Positions 18,570 to 28,993 are shown, counted from the first letter of the stretch. The stretch: DNA of 64,000 nucleotides from a virus (IMGVR_UViG_3300035501_000350:55918-119917); one strand, 5' to 3'. Notes: generated by a model not told the origin, from the letters alone. A program made the numbers and translations.

Positions 18570-19586
18570 TTAATAGATGTATTTATTATGCGCTGCCTTA
18601 ACAGCGTCATAAGATGTCTTTGCATAGATCATGGTAGTTTCAATATTAGCATGCCCAAGAAGCATTGAGATTTCATTAATGCTCATTCCATTATGCAGTG
18701 CGATAGTTGCTGTGGTGTGTCTAATAACATGGGGAGTTACTTTCTTATTTAAACCTACAGCTCTATCAGAGATAGTACCAACTATCTTTTCTATAGCCTC
18801 TTTCTTTAGAGGATTGTATGGTTTTCTTTCAGATACAAATATGAATTCTGAATCGCCATTACGCTCTTTATCAATATATGTCTCTAGAGCTACCCTAGCT
18901 CTAGCATTCAGGAAGGATATTCTATGCTTAGATCCCTTACCGAAGATATGCACTGTATTTGCCCTCCAATCAATATCTTCAAATTTTAAAATTGCTAACT
19001 CTGATACTCTACATGCTGTAGAGTATAGTGTTTCTATAATCGCATTATCCCTTGCAGATTGGCAAGCATTTCTTAATAATTCTAGCTCATATGGTGTTAG
19101 AGCTTGTCTAGGGGGAGTCTCATAATGTATTGGCTTGCATGGATACCCAGGGTTCTTTAAGATATATCCCATCTCGTGGCACCATGTAAAGAATCTAACA
19201 ATATACTCTCTGTATTTGTCTAGAGTTCTATTGCCAATATCATGGCTTAATTGATATCTAGTTAGATAATCTCTAATATCATCAGCTTCAATTTCATTTA
19301 AATCTTTTTGGCAATCTTTGAAGAATAACTCTAGAACTAATCTATACCCATAGCATGTCTCTGGAGTCAATCCTTCAGATTGTTTACATTCGATATATTT
19401 ATATACTAATTTTGGAACTCCATTATTTCCTCTGGCGAAATATTGATTAGTAGTTTTCTCATAAAAATTAAAATTAACAGCGGCTTTATCCATGGAGCTA
19501 AGAATTTTGCTAATTTGATCTCCATTTAGATTTAAGCCGCATGATGCAAAGTTAGATACAACAGCGTTTTTATAGAAATTATACAT
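18570..19586 (-). CDS. tyrosine recombinase/integrase (XerC/D-like)
   Basis: Complete catalytic set TACRVSEL (R), GKGSK (K), HVIRH (HxxR), LLGH (H), TTMIY (Y); N-terminal core-binding domain; GGAGG RBS. Confidence 0.93.
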   Translation of the reverse strand: MYNFYKNAVVSNFASCGLNLNGDQISKILSSMDKAAVNFNFYEKTTNQYFARGNNGVPKLVYKYIECKQSEGLTPETCYGYRLVLELFFKDCQKDLNEIEADDIRDYLTRYQLSHDIGNRTLDKYREYIVRFFTWCHEMGYILKNPGYPCKPIHYETPPRQALTPYELELLRNACQSARDNAIIETLYSTACRVSELAILKFEDIDWRANTVHIFGKGSKHRISFLNARARVALETYIDKERNGDSEFIFVSERKPYNPLKKEAIEKIVGTISDRAVGLNKKVTPHVIRHTTATIALHNGMSINEISMLLGHANIETTMIYAKTSYDAVKAAHNKYIY

Positions 19587-19697
19587 TAGAACCTCCATTA
19601 TGGTGTGCTAGCGTAGTTTATAATACGTTATTACTCTTTACACTAATGTATTTCTTATTGTATAATTCTACTTTAACATGTTAAAGACAGTACCAAT

Positions 19698-19721
19698 CCC
19701 AGGTGGAGCGCTCCACCTGGG
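19698..19721. terminator. palindromic hairpin terminator
   Basis: CCCAGGTGG-AGCGCT-CCACCTGGG downstream of 19770..20048; the same arms recur at 37145-37170. Confidence 0.65.
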
Positions 19722-19769
19722 ACTAATCTGGGCTATATGCTAAATTTAACATATAAATCTCATTGGGCA

Positions 19770-20048
19770 TTAAGTACCAGTACTTTCTTCATTACCAATC
19801 AAAGAAGCAACGGCTACTAGGTTATTACCTTCACCATCGTTCAGTAATGTTTCTCCATCTTCATCTAAAATGTAAAGCGAATCGATAGATAACAATTTCT
19901 CTAATCTTCTAATCTCAAGTATCAGAGCGTCTACTACTTCCTTAGTTGTGGTGTCTGAGTCATACATGACATTATCAGCGGAAGTTTGTGGGTAAATAGT
20001 CTGGACTGTATTTCCTTTGAGATTTTTTAGCTGAACTTTCTTAGCCAT
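19770..20048 (-). CDS. small virion fibre/decoration-like protein
   Basis: IYPQTSADNV motif shared with the neighbour (IYPRSSADMI), common in phage fibre proteins. Confidence 0.55.
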   Translation of the reverse strand: MAKKVQLKNLKGNTVQTIYPQTSADNVMYDSDTTTKEVVDALILEIRRLEKLLSIDSLYILDEDGETLLNDGEGNNLVAVASLIGNEESTGT

Positions 20049-20155
20049 CGGTTTGACTCACCAGCCTATTACTTATTTGACAGCATTAGGCCGGGGGAGG
20101 CAAATGCCGCCCCCAGCCGTTATGCCCGTCGGATTATAATGTTATGCAGCTAGAC

Positions 20156-20827
20156 TCAGGAAGCGGACTCGTCAGCAACCTCAACGATGTAGAGAACACC
20201 ATCATCGGTAACATCGGTATCAGCTTCAACAACCTGGATGTACTCCTTGATGGTAGCCTTCTCTTCAGCGGTTACGAAATTGTGGTCGTCATCCTCAGTG
20301 ACCTTGGTAGCTGCAACGGCGGAATCGTCATAAACAGTTACCTCAGTGCCGTTGATCTTGATGTTACCATTGGTTGCGGAAGCCTCAACCTTAGTAGCAC
20401 CAACAGCCTGCAGAGCAGCAACGTCCTTAACGAGGCCAGAGTTAGAATCGCCGACAGCAGTCTTCAGGGCATTGACATCCTTAACCAGACCAGAGTCGGC
20501 ATCACCAACAACAGCAGCGAGATCGCTAATCAGAGTGGAGACGTCATCATTCTCATCCAGCCAAGCAGCAACTTCCTTCAGAGTATCATAAGCGTCATTG
20601 ATAGTCTTATCGGCATCAGTGAAGCCCATGATCTTATTGTACAGCTCAGTCAGCTTATCATCAGCCTCAGACTTGGTGTACACGTCACCAACGCCAGTGG
20701 CCAGAGATGCAAGCTTAGCAGCAACGGTAGAGCCATCATACTCAATCATGTCAGCAGAGGACCGAGGATAGATGTCATATACAGTGCCAGCAATCTTTTT
20801 CTTCAGGTATACATTCTTAATAGCCAT
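20156..20827 (-). CDS. virion fibre/decoration protein
   Basis: YDTLKEVAAWL motif, tandem VGDxxSGLVKDVxAL repeats, strong RBS, late-type promoter at 20875-20885. Confidence 0.6.
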   Translation of the reverse strand: MAIKNVYLKKKIAGTVYDIYPRSSADMIEYDGSTVAAKLASLATGVGDVYTKSEADDKLTELYNKIMGFTDADKTINDAYDTLKEVAAWLDENDDVSTLISDLAAVVGDADSGLVKDVNALKTAVGDSNSGLVKDVAALQAVGATKVEASATNGNIKINGTEVTVYDDSAVAATKVTEDDDHNFVTAEEKATIKEYIQVVEADTDVTDDGVLYIVEVADESAS

Positions 20828-20922
20828 AAATATATCCTCCTTTTTAAGAATATAGAAATGTGATGCATATGCATTAAATTAATGTTTAATCTCTTAGGAG
20901 GTTGGCTTAATCCAGAAATTGG

Positions 20923-21507
20923 TTATTCTGTTTCATAATGAACGACTTTATACCTTGTATATCCATTCTCATTACTAACAGTTTTCAATGTTTCCTGTAC
21001 ATCTATAATTCTCTGATTAGTACTTCCTGCCCACTTGTAGTTATTATCAAACTTGCTTTGCTCAAACTTACCATCTACTAAGACATCTGTATTCTTCAGG
21101 ATAGTTCTTAGATATGTAGCATCTGGGTATAACTCTCCGCCAGTATAATTACTGATTATAACCATGAGCTCATCAAATGTATATCCAGTATAAATCCATA
21201 TTGTCTTGCTTGGATATAATGACTTAAGCAATGAAGTTAATATAGATATCTGAGGAAGATTAACAGGATTAAGAGGATCACCACCAGAGAAAGTAACTCC
21301 AGATGCGTAATCATTATTTAAATAATTTAAAAGCTCTAACAAAGCATCATAATCAAATATCTTACCAGATGTAGGACTCCATGTTTGAGGATTCTGACAG
21401 CCCTTACAATGATGCCCACAGCCAGAAACAAATAATACTGCTCTTAACCCTTCCCCATTTAACTGATCATCATAACTGATTTTGTGATAATTCATATCTC
21501 TTTTCAC
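20923..21507 (-). CDS. nrdG: anaerobic ribonucleotide reductase activating protein
   Basis: NGEGLR, GCxHHCKGCQN radical-SAM motif, SGGDPL, GSTNQR. Confidence 0.95.
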   Translation of the reverse strand: MKRDMNYHKISYDDQLNGEGLRAVLFVSGCGHHCKGCQNPQTWSPTSGKIFDYDALLELLNYLNNDYASGVTFSGGDPLNPVNLPQISILTSLLKSLYPSKTIWIYTGYTFDELMVIISNYTGGELYPDATYLRTILKNTDVLVDGKFEQSKFDNNYKWAGSTNQRIIDVQETLKTVSNENGYTRYKVVHYETE

Positions 21508-21515
21508 CCCTGACT

Positions 21516-23669
21516 CTACATAGACACTCTATCTGCAATCTCTGCTCTCTTAGCGTCGTTATATCTACTCTTACCTTTAACTTTATTGAAACCTAAATAG
21601 CCATTCATTCTCTGTACTTCAGTGATATTCTCAGACCCACACTTCGGGCATTTATGCATATTCAATTCCTCATGGCCACAATCTTCACAATATGCAAGAT
21701 CAAGATTAATACCCTCATACAATCCAAGCTTCATTGCTCTTCTTACAAGATCCTTCATGGCTTTAGTATTATAATTAATGGGGCACTTACAATACTGAAT
21801 CTTGCCACCGTTAAACAAATTCCAGAATCTATTCTCAGAATCCTGCTTCTCTATAGGAGTAATATCTTCAGTTACATGGCAATGGAAAGAGTTAGATACA
21901 TAAGCCTTATCAGATACATTTTCTATAATACCATACTTCTTTCTAAACTGCTCTACTTGAAGACCGCAGAGACTCTCTGCCGGGGTTCCATATATAGCGT
22001 ACAGGATTCCATCTTCCTTCTTATATACATTTACTTTATCGTTGATATAATGCATTACTTCAAGAGGGAATTCTCCATCTTCATAGATAGACTTACCATT
22101 ATAAAGACGATTGAGCTCATTCAACGCTATAATACCAAAACTTACAGTCATCGGAGGAAGTAGTTTAGCGATCTTATCATCAGCCCCAAGAGTGCCACCT
22201 AAGCAACCACCTTGCATAAACATCATAGGATTAGTGCTAGCCTTCTTCTCTCCAAAGAAAGCAATAGTCTTCTTATGAAGATTTCTGATCATTTCGAGAT
22301 AATAGTCAAGAACTTCATAGAAATCTCTATTCTCTTGACGAGCCTTAGCTAAGATCATCGGTAAATGTAAGCTGACAGCGCCTAAATTAAAACGACCCTC
22401 AAAGATTACGGTATCATTTTCATCCGCAGGATTCATTCCTCCACGCTCATACCATGGAGACAGAGATGCTCTACACCCCATAAGACTAAGAGGCTTACCA
22501 TACTTCTTATACATAGAGGGAATATACCCTTCACCAGACATAGACAGATAGTCAGGATACATACTCTTTTTGCTACACTCTATAGCCTCATTAAAGATAT
22601 ACTCATAGGGTTTACCAGGGCCATGTAATTCTTCATCATACAAGAACGTGAGCTTGGGGAACAACACAGTCTTTTTATAACCTGCCTTGCCCTGGCCTCC
22701 GGCTCTTACTCTAAGAATAGCAGTGTTAAGCAAGCACCCCCATCTGGATGTATTTAAACCAAAAGATACTGCAATAAATGGATAATCTCCTCTAGAGCTT
22801 CCTACAGTATTAAATCTATATTCCCAAGACTGGAACAGCTGTTCCATATCTCTATATACTTTCTTCTCTGCTTTCTTATCAGCCTTAGCAAGAATAACAT
22901 CATCAATATCAAGACCATTGTTTTCAGCATCTTCAATATACTCATTATAATACAGATCATAGCTCTTCTGAGCATATTTATCTAAGATGAAATCAACCTG
23001 GGGGATAGTGAATCCGCCATACTGTTGTGATGCTGCACTGATAGTGGTATCAGAGATTACATCTCCAGCAACGTCTAATGTTTTAGGCTCATTATACCAC
23101 TGGTTGCCCATCTCAAATCCACCATCTAATACATTCTTCATATCAAACAGACAGCAGTTCAATCCATCAAGACGATCCTTCATATCATGAATATAGATAT
23201 ATCCATCTCTAGCAGCTTGAAGCTCTTCTTTGTTTAAGAAGAACTTTTGATATAATTCCTTATTGAGCTGGCCATAGATCAATGATCTCTGTGTAGAAAC
23301 CATAGCAGAATCTGTATTAGCATTAGATACATCCCCAATATATCTAATAGCCTGGGACTTCTTATACACATTATCAAGAATATTACAGAATTCTACTTTA
23401 TAATTTCTATAATCACGATAGCTCTTGGCAATCATAGGATCAATCTCTTCAAGAGCATTCTCTGCAAATGTGTGCATGGCACTAATGGGAATCTTACCAT
23501 TATGCTCACTAGCATAATTTGCAGCCATTGCTATAACAATATTACTAATCTTTTCAATCTCATCATCAGTGTAAGTATGTAAACACCGTTCGGCAGATTT
23601 AGATACCGCACTGATTACCTTCTCAATATTGAACTCCTGTTCAGTTCCATCTTTCTTAATAACAATCAT
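21516..23669 (-). CDS. nrdD: anaerobic ribonucleoside-triphosphate reductase
   Basis: N-terminal ATP cone (VIKKDG), NCC, MGCR, TPAES, CxxC..CxxC, glycyl-radical loop RMNGYLG. Confidence 0.96.
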   Translation of the reverse strand: MIVIKKDGTEQEFNIEKVISAVSKSAERCLHTYTDDEIEKISNIVIAMAANYASEHNGKIPISAMHTFAENALEEIDPMIAKSYRDYRNYKVEFCNILDNVYKKSQAIRYIGDVSNANTDSAMVSTQRSLIYGQLNKELYQKFFLNKEELQAARDGYIYIHDMKDRLDGLNCCLFDMKNVLDGGFEMGNQWYNEPKTLDVAGDVISDTTISAASQQYGGFTIPQVDFILDKYAQKSYDLYYNEYIEDAENNGLDIDDVILAKADKKAEKKVYRDMEQLFQSWEYRFNTVGSSRGDYPFIAVSFGLNTSRWGCLLNTAILRVRAGGQGKAGYKKTVLFPKLTFLYDEELHGPGKPYEYIFNEAIECSKKSMYPDYLSMSGEGYIPSMYKKYGKPLSLMGCRASLSPWYERGGMNPADENDTVIFEGRFNLGAVSLHLPMILAKARQENRDFYEVLDYYLEMIRNLHKKTIAFFGEKKASTNPMMFMQGGCLGGTLGADDKIAKLLPPMTVSFGIIALNELNRLYNGKSIYEDGEFPLEVMHYINDKVNVYKKEDGILYAIYGTPAESLCGLQVEQFRKKYGIIENVSDKAYVSNSFHCHVTEDITPIEKQDSENRFWNLFNGGKIQYCKCPINYNTKAMKDLVRRAMKLGLYEGINLDLAYCEDCGHEELNMHKCPKCGSENITEVQRMNGYLGFNKVKGKSRYNDAKRAEIADRVSM

Positions 23670-23902
23670 CTTTTATACAAACCTCCTGTAAAGAGTAAAA
23701 TATATTTTATTCCACATCCCTCTCTAATAGTGTGGATTAATATATTGTCGTCAGTAATGCTAAATCCAAATAATAAAGTACTCCGTTTGTGATTATATAA
23801 AATTACTGCTTATATAAAGCAAAATAATCTAATACAACACTCAATAATAGGATTTTTAACGGCTAGACATTTTATTAATTACCAATATAGGGAGGAATAA
23901 TA

Positions 23903-25129
23903 ATGGCCACAAAGAGAAAGCCTAAGCACATTACTAAAGAGGCAGATTTAAATGATATAATTAATCTTACTCATGAAGAAGCCGCTCGTAAGGCTACAAT
24001 CATGAATTGGTTTGGGACGTTTGCAGATGCTCCTAGATTTAATACATATGATACTGTAGAGATACCCGCTGGTAAATATGGCATAGATAAGCATAAGAAC
24101 AAAAAGCCATTTACCACCACTGTAGGATTATGGGTATTTAACAAAGCATTTATAGAACCAGTATCAAATGTTTTAGGATACATTAATGAGACTGTAAATG
24201 GGGATAAGTATGATGATATTAACCAAACTTTATCATACGCTCTTCTTGAAGATAAAATTACTGTAGATCAATTAAAAGACTTTATAATGCAAACACAGAT
24301 TCTTATGGGCTGTGCTAGCGCTATATGTCCCTCACATGATATGGATATATTACTATTAACCAATCAGGCTGAGATTAAGAAGAAAGAGTTAGAGAAGAAA
24401 TATGCAGATAGAATTGCTCAAGGCGATATTGTTGCTATGAAGGCAGTAGAGGATGAGCTTACCGCATGGGCAAAGCAACAGCTTAAGGATTCAGAGTCTG
24501 CTGATATGTATAACTCTGGTGCTCGTAGTTCCTGGGGTAATAACTTCAAGAATATGTATTTAATGAGAGGCCCGCTTAAGGGCACCGATGGAAATTACAC
24601 ATATACAAGCAGCTCGTATATGTCTGGAATGAAGAAGGATGAATACTCAGCTGTAAACGACTCTGCTGTTGGAGGGCCTTATTCCAGATCTAGAAAGACT
24701 CAAATGGGAGGGTACTTGGAAAAGCAATTTACTAATGCTACACAGCATATTAAAGTATTACCGGCTGGCAGTGACTGTGGGTCTACAGGTACTATTACTA
24801 TCACCTTAACTAACAAGAATCTTAGTATGTGGCTGTACAGCTTTATAGTTGGTAATAATGGATCTTTAACTGAATTAACTATGGAGAATAAAGACAAATA
24901 CATAGGCAAAACTGTTAAATTTAGATATTCAGGATTATGTAAATCTAAAAATGGATGTATATGCGAAAAGTGTGCAGGTACCATGTATAGACGCATAGGT
25001 ATAGAGAATATCGGCCTAGGCACAATGATTATGATGAGTTCACTTAAGAATGCATCCATGAAGCGGTTCCATTCAAATACTCTTAACCTAGCTGAACTTA
25101 GTCCTGATGAGTGTTTTGGAACTCTATAA
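23903..25129 (+). CDS. phage RNA polymerase beta' subunit, C-terminal part
   Basis: SGARS, GGYL bridge-helix-like region, DCGS, C..ICEKCAG Zn site, MKRFH trigger-loop-like motif; late-type promoter suggests the virion RNAP. Confidence 0.85.
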   Translation: MATKRKPKHITKEADLNDIINLTHEEAARKATIMNWFGTFADAPRFNTYDTVEIPAGKYGIDKHKNKKPFTTTVGLWVFNKAFIEPVSNVLGYINETVNGDKYDDINQTLSYALLEDKITVDQLKDFIMQTQILMGCASAICPSHDMDILLLTNQAEIKKKELEKKYADRIAQGDIVAMKAVEDELTAWAKQQLKDSESADMYNSGARSSWGNNFKNMYLMRGPLKGTDGNYTYTSSSYMSGMKKDEYSAVNDSAVGGPYSRSRKTQMGGYLEKQFTNATQHIKVLPAGSDCGSTGTITITLTNKNLSMWLYSFIVGNNGSLTELTMENKDKYIGKTVKFRYSGLCKSKNGCICEKCAGTMYRRIGIENIGLGTMIMMSSLKNASMKRFHSNTLNLAELSPDECFGTL

Positions 25130-25229
25130 AAATAATATTTGATTCCCTTTACGGCATTAAATAAATATATTCCTAACAATATAAGTAATCCATATTGCGG
25201 ATTAATACTTATACAAGGAGATATTATTT

Positions 25230-26357
25230 ATGCCTATTGGTAAACGAATTGAAATTGATTATGACAGGGTATACCATTCTAGGACCGGCGATTTTAAGAT
25301 AGTAAAAGAATTGCCATCTGTTGCTATGGGAACTACAGGAAAAGCCATAAGACGCATGGTTGAAGTGGAATTCATAGAGACTGGAACTAGAAAGCAAACC
25401 CAACTTCAAACAGCTTTAGCTGGTAAAGTATTAGACCCATATTATAAAACGGCTGGAGGAGTTGGGTATTTAGGAGATATTTCCAACTTACAGTATACCA
25501 AAAATGAATATGACATTTGGAGGCATATGATACTTAGATGCTATGACCCAAACGATAATGCTTATTATAACTATGGCGCCATAGGAATTAAAGTAGATGA
25601 AAGATGGCATTGCTTTGCAAATTTTGTAAGGGATCTTCCGCTCATATATGGGTATGCTGATTATTATAACAGCAAAGATAAGTCTAAGTTTGCTTTAGAT
25701 AAAGATATACTTCAACGTAATATTCCGAGAGAGCAAAGAATATATAGCGTCAATACATGCGTTTTTGCTAAATCATGCGATAATTCACGGATGTCTAGAG
25801 TTACAGATAAAAGTAAAACCTCTAGTAACTATTATGGGGTATATAGAAATAAAAATGGCTCATACCAATCGTCTATTAATGTAGATAAGAAGAAATATTT
25901 TCTTGGTACATATGATGATGAAGTTGCCGCTGCAACTGTGTACAATTACGTTATATCTAGATGCTCTTATGCTCCAACACTGAATACAGATTTGCCTACT
26001 ATGGATATTAATGAAGCATTAAGTCATCGTTTAAGTAATGTACCATTAGTTCTTCCTCCTAATATAGACACAGCTGGTCTTAATCTAAATCCAAACAATG
26101 GTAATAAATATATAGGAGTAGCACAGTCATCGTATAATTCATATGCCGCTAGTTATAGTCTTAATAATAGATCTATACATATTGGTGTATTTGATAGCCC
26201 TATAGCGGCAGCTAATGCCCACAACTGGTGCAGCGGTTTTTATGCTAATGGCAATGGGTATATTAATGATGTACCTTATATGCCCCCTACAGAATGGTTG
26301 CACCATAAGAAGTATAGAACCCCTCCAGTAGAAATGTGTAAGATAGTTAATAAGTAA
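25230..26357 (+). CDS. free-standing homing endonuclease-like protein with AP2 DNA-binding domains
   Basis: WxxMxxRCY...YGxxGIxVxERW..FxxF block; two AP2-like repeats (YYGVY...YFLGTYDDEVAAA; YIGV...IHIGVFDSPIAAA). Confidence 0.8.
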   Translation: MPIGKRIEIDYDRVYHSRTGDFKIVKELPSVAMGTTGKAIRRMVEVEFIETGTRKQTQLQTALAGKVLDPYYKTAGGVGYLGDISNLQYTKNEYDIWRHMILRCYDPNDNAYYNYGAIGIKVDERWHCFANFVRDLPLIYGYADYYNSKDKSKFALDKDILQRNIPREQRIYSVNTCVFAKSCDNSRMSRVTDKSKTSSNYYGVYRNKNGSYQSSINVDKKKYFLGTYDDEVAAATVYNYVISRCSYAPTLNTDLPTMDINEALSHRLSNVPLVLPPNIDTAGLNLNPNNGNKYIGVAQSSYNSYAASYSLNNRSIHIGVFDSPIAAANAHNWCSGFYANGNGYINDVPYMPPTEWLHHKKYRTPPVEMCKIVNK

Positions 26358-26365
26358 AATAAATG

Positions 26366-26389
26366 CCCTCTGTGGTTTTCCACAGAGGG
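26366..26389 (+). terminator. hairpin terminator
   Basis: CCCTCTGTGG-TTTT-CCACAGAGGG followed by TGTTTT. Confidence 0.7.
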
Positions 26390-26490
26390 TGTTTTAATCT
26401 AATCTAAAGAATAATGATATGTTATAACAGAGTATGTAAGCAAATATAACAAGGATTACATACAAATAACTCTAATGGGAGGTATATATT

Positions 26491-27993
26491 ATGGCAGATC
26501 AGATGTCTATTAATTTGCAATATCCGTATGATGGCAAATACGATTATTTCACTGAGATTAAAAGAATTAATCTAGACAAGCAACGTGATGAGGATATTAA
26601 ATCTGGAGTTGGTTTTCTCATTACAGAGCCCAAGGGTATTAAGAAAGATGTAAAGCTCCAGAATGGTATTTTCTCCAGTAGATATGGATCTAATTCTATT
26701 TCAGATACAGATTCATTCTCTGGGAGATATCGTTGTAAGTGCGGATTAAAGAGAGGTTCCATTAACAATGGTGAATATTGTGATGTATGTGGAACCAGAG
26801 TAACATATGTAGATGATGATGTATCTATTACTGGATACTTGAAATTGAAAGATCGGTATTGGATTATTCATCCTAACCTGTATTATACTATAGAGCAGTT
26901 CATTGGCTCTGGTAGATTACAGAGGATTATTGAACCTGACGTTCAAGTGGATTGTAATGGTAATGAGATTCCCATTATTTCCGTGAAGAAAGATGAACCC
27001 TTTAAGGGTATTGGTCTATTGGAATTTCATGAGAGATTTGATGAAATAATGAGCTTCTATCTTGCTAAGTATCCTACAAAGAAGCTCTATTATGACAACA
27101 TCATGCAAGAGAGAGAAAACGTATGGACTCATACTATTAGTATTTATTCTAGCCTGTTGCGTCCTAGCTCTCTAGATAATGGTTCTCTTAAATACGAGGA
27201 CTGTAATGACCAGTTTAATATGCTTGCTAGCCTGGTGTATAAATGTAATGATGATGCTCTTGAGATTGATAGAAAGATCAAAGAGCGTTTAAATCTGTTG
27301 TATGACATTCAGGTCTGTGTTAACACAGTATACACAAAGATCAAAGAAATCCTAGCAAAGAAGAAGGGCGATATTAGAACTGCTATTGGTGGTAGATATT
27401 GCTTTAGCTCTAGAAGCGTTATTAAACAAGATCCTACGCTGAGATCTGATGAAGTAAGATTACCATTCGCTGGTTTATGCGAGATGCTTCAACAGGTTAT
27501 CATAAACATTCTTGTACGTTCTTATAGCTTCAACTATTCTGATGCGTATAAGAGATGGTACAAAGCTCAAGTAATTGGATTTGATCAAGCAATCTATGAT
27601 ATTATTGATGGTCTTATCAAAGATAAGAATGGATTGCCTGTACTGATCAATCGTAATCCTACAATATCTTATGGAGGCATCTTAGCATGCCGCTGTATTG
27701 GTATTAATAGAGATTATACCATGTCCATCAGTCTGTTGGTGCTTAAAGCTCTTGCAGCAGATTTCGATGGTGACACACTTAATATCCTCTATCTATACAA
27801 TAAGGATTTCATTAGACTTGCAGAAAGAATAATCAATCCGAAATATATGTATATAGATAGAAACACTGGAACCTGCAATGCAGATTTCATCCACAGCAGA
27901 GATACGATTATTAATGCCAATAGTCTTAAGAGCCTCTATCACTACAGTCCTGAACAGATAGAACGTATTAGAGCTCTTCAGGCTATGGATTAA
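26491..27993 (+). CDS. phage RNA polymerase beta' subunit, N-terminal/catalytic part
   Basis: Zn finger CKCG..CDVC, SRSVI, NRNPT, catalytic ADFDGD; early-type promoter suggests the non-virion RNAP. Confidence 0.93.
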   Translation: MADQMSINLQYPYDGKYDYFTEIKRINLDKQRDEDIKSGVGFLITEPKGIKKDVKLQNGIFSSRYGSNSISDTDSFSGRYRCKCGLKRGSINNGEYCDVCGTRVTYVDDDVSITGYLKLKDRYWIIHPNLYYTIEQFIGSGRLQRIIEPDVQVDCNGNEIPIISVKKDEPFKGIGLLEFHERFDEIMSFYLAKYPTKKLYYDNIMQERENVWTHTISIYSSLLRPSSLDNGSLKYEDCNDQFNMLASLVYKCNDDALEIDRKIKERLNLLYDIQVCVNTVYTKIKEILAKKKGDIRTAIGGRYCFSSRSVIKQDPTLRSDEVRLPFAGLCEMLQQVIINILVRSYSFNYSDAYKRWYKAQVIGFDQAIYDIIDGLIKDKNGLPVLINRNPTISYGGILACRCIGINRDYTMSISLLVLKALAADFDGDTLNILYLYNKDFIRLAERIINPKYMYIDRNTGTCNADFIHSRDTIINANSLKSLYHYSPEQIERIRALQAMD

Positions 27994-28021
27994 TATATAA
28001 AATTTACGGAGGTATAGTAAA

Positions 28022-28663
28022 ATGAAACAAGCAAAGAAAGCACCCAAAATTTTCACAGTACCGGCAGGTCAGTTTGACTGTGGGTATGTGGATCCTGTAA
28101 CTGGAGACGTGTTATTGCGTTGCAGTGATATCGATATGGATAAGTTTAAAGATCCTGAACTCTGTGCAGCTATAGAGGATATTGAGTATACGCCGCCTGA
28201 AGGCGATTATGGTCCTGCCACTATAGTGTATGAGACATACGATAACAATGGTAATCTTGTCGATCCTCTTGCCGAGATGGATCCGAGTTACAAAAAGGCA
28301 ATCGATGTCGAGCGCAAGAATAATGTGTTTATCGCTTCTGCTATCGCTAGCCTTCAGGAAGAGCGTGATGCAAAGAAAGCAAAAATCGATAAGGAGTGCC
28401 GTTCGGCTATCAGCGATGCTATTATTGATTGCTTGAGCAATACTAAGCTGCTCCATCAATCTAAGGATAACACCTATGACAGAGATGCTCTTGTCTATGT
28501 AGCTGATGGTCTTGAGATGATCTACAGTGCTGCGGATAAGGCCAAGGCTAAGGTCGATCAGAAGTATAATACTGCGATCAATGAGACTATGCTTGAGTAC
28601 GTGACTCAGGCCAACATCCATAGAGATGCAGTAGTTATGTGTACTCTTGTAGAGAAGAAGTAA
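28022..28663 (+). CDS. hypothetical protein
   Basis: 213 aa ORF with GGAGG RBS. Confidence 0.65.
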   Translation: MKQAKKAPKIFTVPAGQFDCGYVDPVTGDVLLRCSDIDMDKFKDPELCAAIEDIEYTPPEGDYGPATIVYETYDNNGNLVDPLAEMDPSYKKAIDVERKNNVFIASAIASLQEERDAKKAKIDKECRSAISDAIIDCLSNTKLLHQSKDNTYDRDALVYVADGLEMIYSAADKAKAKVDQKYNTAINETMLEYVTQANIHRDAVVMCTLVEKK

Positions 28664-28738
28664 TATTCATATTAAATGCGTATTTGGGCTCTGAGGATTA
28701 CCTCAGAGCCTTTAATACGTTCATTTAGGAGGATCAAT

Positions 28739-28993
28739 ATGAACGATGAAGTAGTTTACATGCCTGGAGATATAGTATCAATACTTGATAACATTGATCT
28801 AGAATCAAAAACTGTTGCTACTATTAAAGCAATAGAACCTGACAATGATATTGATGGATTAGTGTGGCTATATCTTGCAAATAATAGAGACATATTTAAC
28901 GATAAGGTTCATCCAGTATATGGTTTCTATTATTGGGATATGATTGAGGCAGGAAATCCAAGAATTGAATTACTCTCTAGAGCAGTAGAATAA
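28739..28993 (+). CDS. hypothetical protein
   Basis: AGGAGG RBS before MNDEVV. Confidence 0.6.
   Translation: MNDEVVYMPGDIVSILDNIDLESKTVATIKAIEPDNDIDGLVWLYLANNRDIFNDKVHPVYGFYYWDMIEAGNPRIELLSRAVE

Noticed and set aside
20144-20863. 239 aa plus-strand ORF
   Set aside because: Antisense shadow of the codon-biased fibre gene 20156..20827; no RBS or motif
23700-23750. NrdR boxes upstream of nrdD
   Set aside because: An imperfect inverted repeat is present but does not convincingly match tandem NrdR boxes
25130-26490. Group I intron interrupting RNAP beta'
   Set aside because: The flanking genes are a C-terminal part followed by an N-terminal part, each with its own RBS and stop, and the short flanks lack intron core structure
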